Shown here one piece after another: positions 43,889-44,903 of a stretch of 44,903 bases of DNA. Every line of letters begins with the position of its first letter. Position 1 is the stretch's first letter. The position numbers and the translations under genes were made by a program. A model generated the notes under the pieces. The model was not told the DNA's origin. It searched no databases and worked only from the letters and a program-made list of their open reading frames with translations. The DNA is from Candidatus Daviesbacteria bacterium (GTDB lineage Bacteria; Patescibacteriota; Microgenomatia; Daviesbacterales; UBA10151): the NCBI GenBank assembly GCA_030648645.1, contig JAUSHL010000023.1, positions 1 to 44,903 of the forward strand. The letters are read 5' to 3'.

Positions 43889-44506
43889 TTAGTTGTCGAT
43901 GGAAGTTAATTTGAAAGCTAAATTAGCAGATGTACCTGCAACCGGAGCAAGGAATTTATTAGTATAACTTAGAGTGGTATTGGTTTCATAATCTTTTTGA
44001 AATTTGGCTATCTCATTTAAAAAGAAACTAACATGAGATCCCCAAGTTGGTGAGGCAGCATAAACCTTATTAATAGCATAAGGATCGTTTAATCCTTTGT
44101 TTAGATAGTTTTTTCGAAGTCCTTCGGAAACTGTAAAAATTCCGTCTCTCCAAGAATCAAAGTAAATGGCTTGTGTACCATAAACTCCCCATCCCCAGGC
44201 ATTATAGGAGTTATAAGGAACATGTTGTCCAAAGTAAGATTCAACGCCTGCAATTGCGGCAACCAGCTTCCAGTCAAGATTGTACTTGTCTGCAATTCTT
44301 ACAAAATCATCTGCATTGTCAGCCATAGGACTGTTATAAGACGTAAGGATCTTTTTAAGATTTTGGGCACGGTTATCCGGTAATTTTTCTGCCTGAATAC
44401 TGGCTAAAACCGCAGAGGCTCCGGCTGCCTTCTCCGCAGCATATGCGGTCGTTCTTGTCTGCAAAATTATTAACAATAGGATAACTATAAAGATTAACTT
44501 TTTCAT
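43889..44506 (-). CDS. Secreted glucosaminidase/lysozyme-like cell-wall hydrolase
   Basis: Signal peptide MKKLIFIVILLL; AIAGVESYFG, NAWGWG, F.SW.DGI..V..GL...Y. Confidence 0.8.
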   Translation of the reverse strand: MKKLIFIVILLLIILQTRTTAYAAEKAAGASAVLASIQAEKLPDNRAQNLKKILTSYNSPMADNADDFVRIADKYNLDWKLVAAIAGVESYFGQHVPYNSYNAWGWGVYGTQAIYFDSWRDGIFTVSEGLRKNYLNKGLNDPYAINKVYAASPTWGSHVSFFLNEIAKFQKDYETNTTLSYTNKFLAPVAGTSANLAFKLTSIDN

Positions 44507-44532
44507 GGATATAGGCCGAGGGTTTGGCCCAT

Positions 44533-44579
44533 AAAAAAATCCTAACGTACGCATTGGAAAGAATGACGTACCTTAGGAT
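44533..44579 (-). terminator. Long hairpin plus U7 (intrinsic terminator / attenuator / small RNA) in the leader of the hydrolase gene
   Basis: ATCCTAA-GTACG-CATT stems followed by 7 T on the - strand. Confidence 0.65.
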
Positions 44580-44587
44580 CTGGGGAA

Positions 44588-44616
44588 ATTATATACTAAA
44601 CTATAGGGTTTGTCAA
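44588..44616 (-). promoter_or_regulatory. Consensus sigma70 promoter
   Basis: TTGACA-17 nt-TATAAT on the - strand (44616-44611, 44593-44588). Confidence 0.8.
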
Positions 44617-44630
44617 GTACTGACTATGGG

Positions 44631-44903
44631 CTACTGCAGCTGTTCCATGAAGTGAGTTACCGAGGCTGCCCAGGCTCCAGTGTTGCTGGGGGTATATACC
44701 TTCATTATCTCTTCCGGTGTATCCAGACCGCGCGCAATATAGTTTTGAGCCAGGCCTCTCGTTACCGTGTCTATTGCTTCTTCGTAATTTGCAAATGTTT
44801 TGACTGTCCCCCCATATATACCAAAGCCCCAGCAGTTATTTGAGCCAGCTGGAGTTTTTAGACAAAGGTTCGATTCCTGCATGCCAATTGCCGGTAAAAG
44901 TTT
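44631..44903 (-). CDS. Glucosaminidase/lysozyme-like protein, C-terminal part (paralogue of downstream gene)
   Basis: AIGMQESNLC...NNCWGFG...F.NYEEAI..V..GL...Y; start lies outside the window. Confidence 0.75.
   Translation of the reverse strand, partial: KLLPAIGMQESNLCLKTPAGSNNCWGFGIYGGTVKTFANYEEAIDTVTRGLAQNYIARGLDTPEEIMKVYTPSNTGAWAASVTHFMEQLQ

Noticed and set aside
2250-44843. Short ORFs antisense to or overlapping established genes (e.g. 2250-2480, 3260-3496, 14528-14821, 35265-35573, 44610-44843)
   Set aside because: Shadow frames of well-supported genes with no recognisable motifs.

Overview
Low-GC bacterial chromosome segment. Its gene content looks like Patescibacteria/CPR, probably Microgenomates (inferred from the pilin array, short ThrS/PheT, archaeal-type TyrRS and many apparently leaderless genes). 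It holds a type IV pilus locus (six major-type pilins, two consecutive minor-pilin sets, pilM/N/O) and a housekeeping block (trmD, khpA, rpsP, rnc, ACP-like, nusB, rpmF, recG). It also holds an archaeal-type tyrS with a matching C1-G72 short-variable-loop tRNA-Tyr, an ABC exporter, an accessory patch (lytic transglycosylase-like genes, RAYT-type transposase with REPs, GIY-YIG nuclease), PBP1A, pheST, rplT/rpmI/infC/thrS, tRNA-Val, tRNA-Leu, a GH63-like hydrolase, murT/gatD and glucosaminidase-like genes. The most striking feature is that many families of short palindromic elements and 7-nt tandem repeats sit in frame inside essential genes. One family occurs exactly at the Gly-Phe-Thr prepilin cleavage codons of three pilin genes. 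Three small genes each carry their own flanking palindromes: the RAYT, the GIY-YIG nuclease and a PaaX/Cas2-like protein. Further candidates are a CarD-like/ART-like fusion, an ACP lacking its Ppant serine, an unannotated ORF between rpmI and rplT, and a promoter-hairpin-U-tract leader RNA. All calls come from manual motif reading; no database searches were run.
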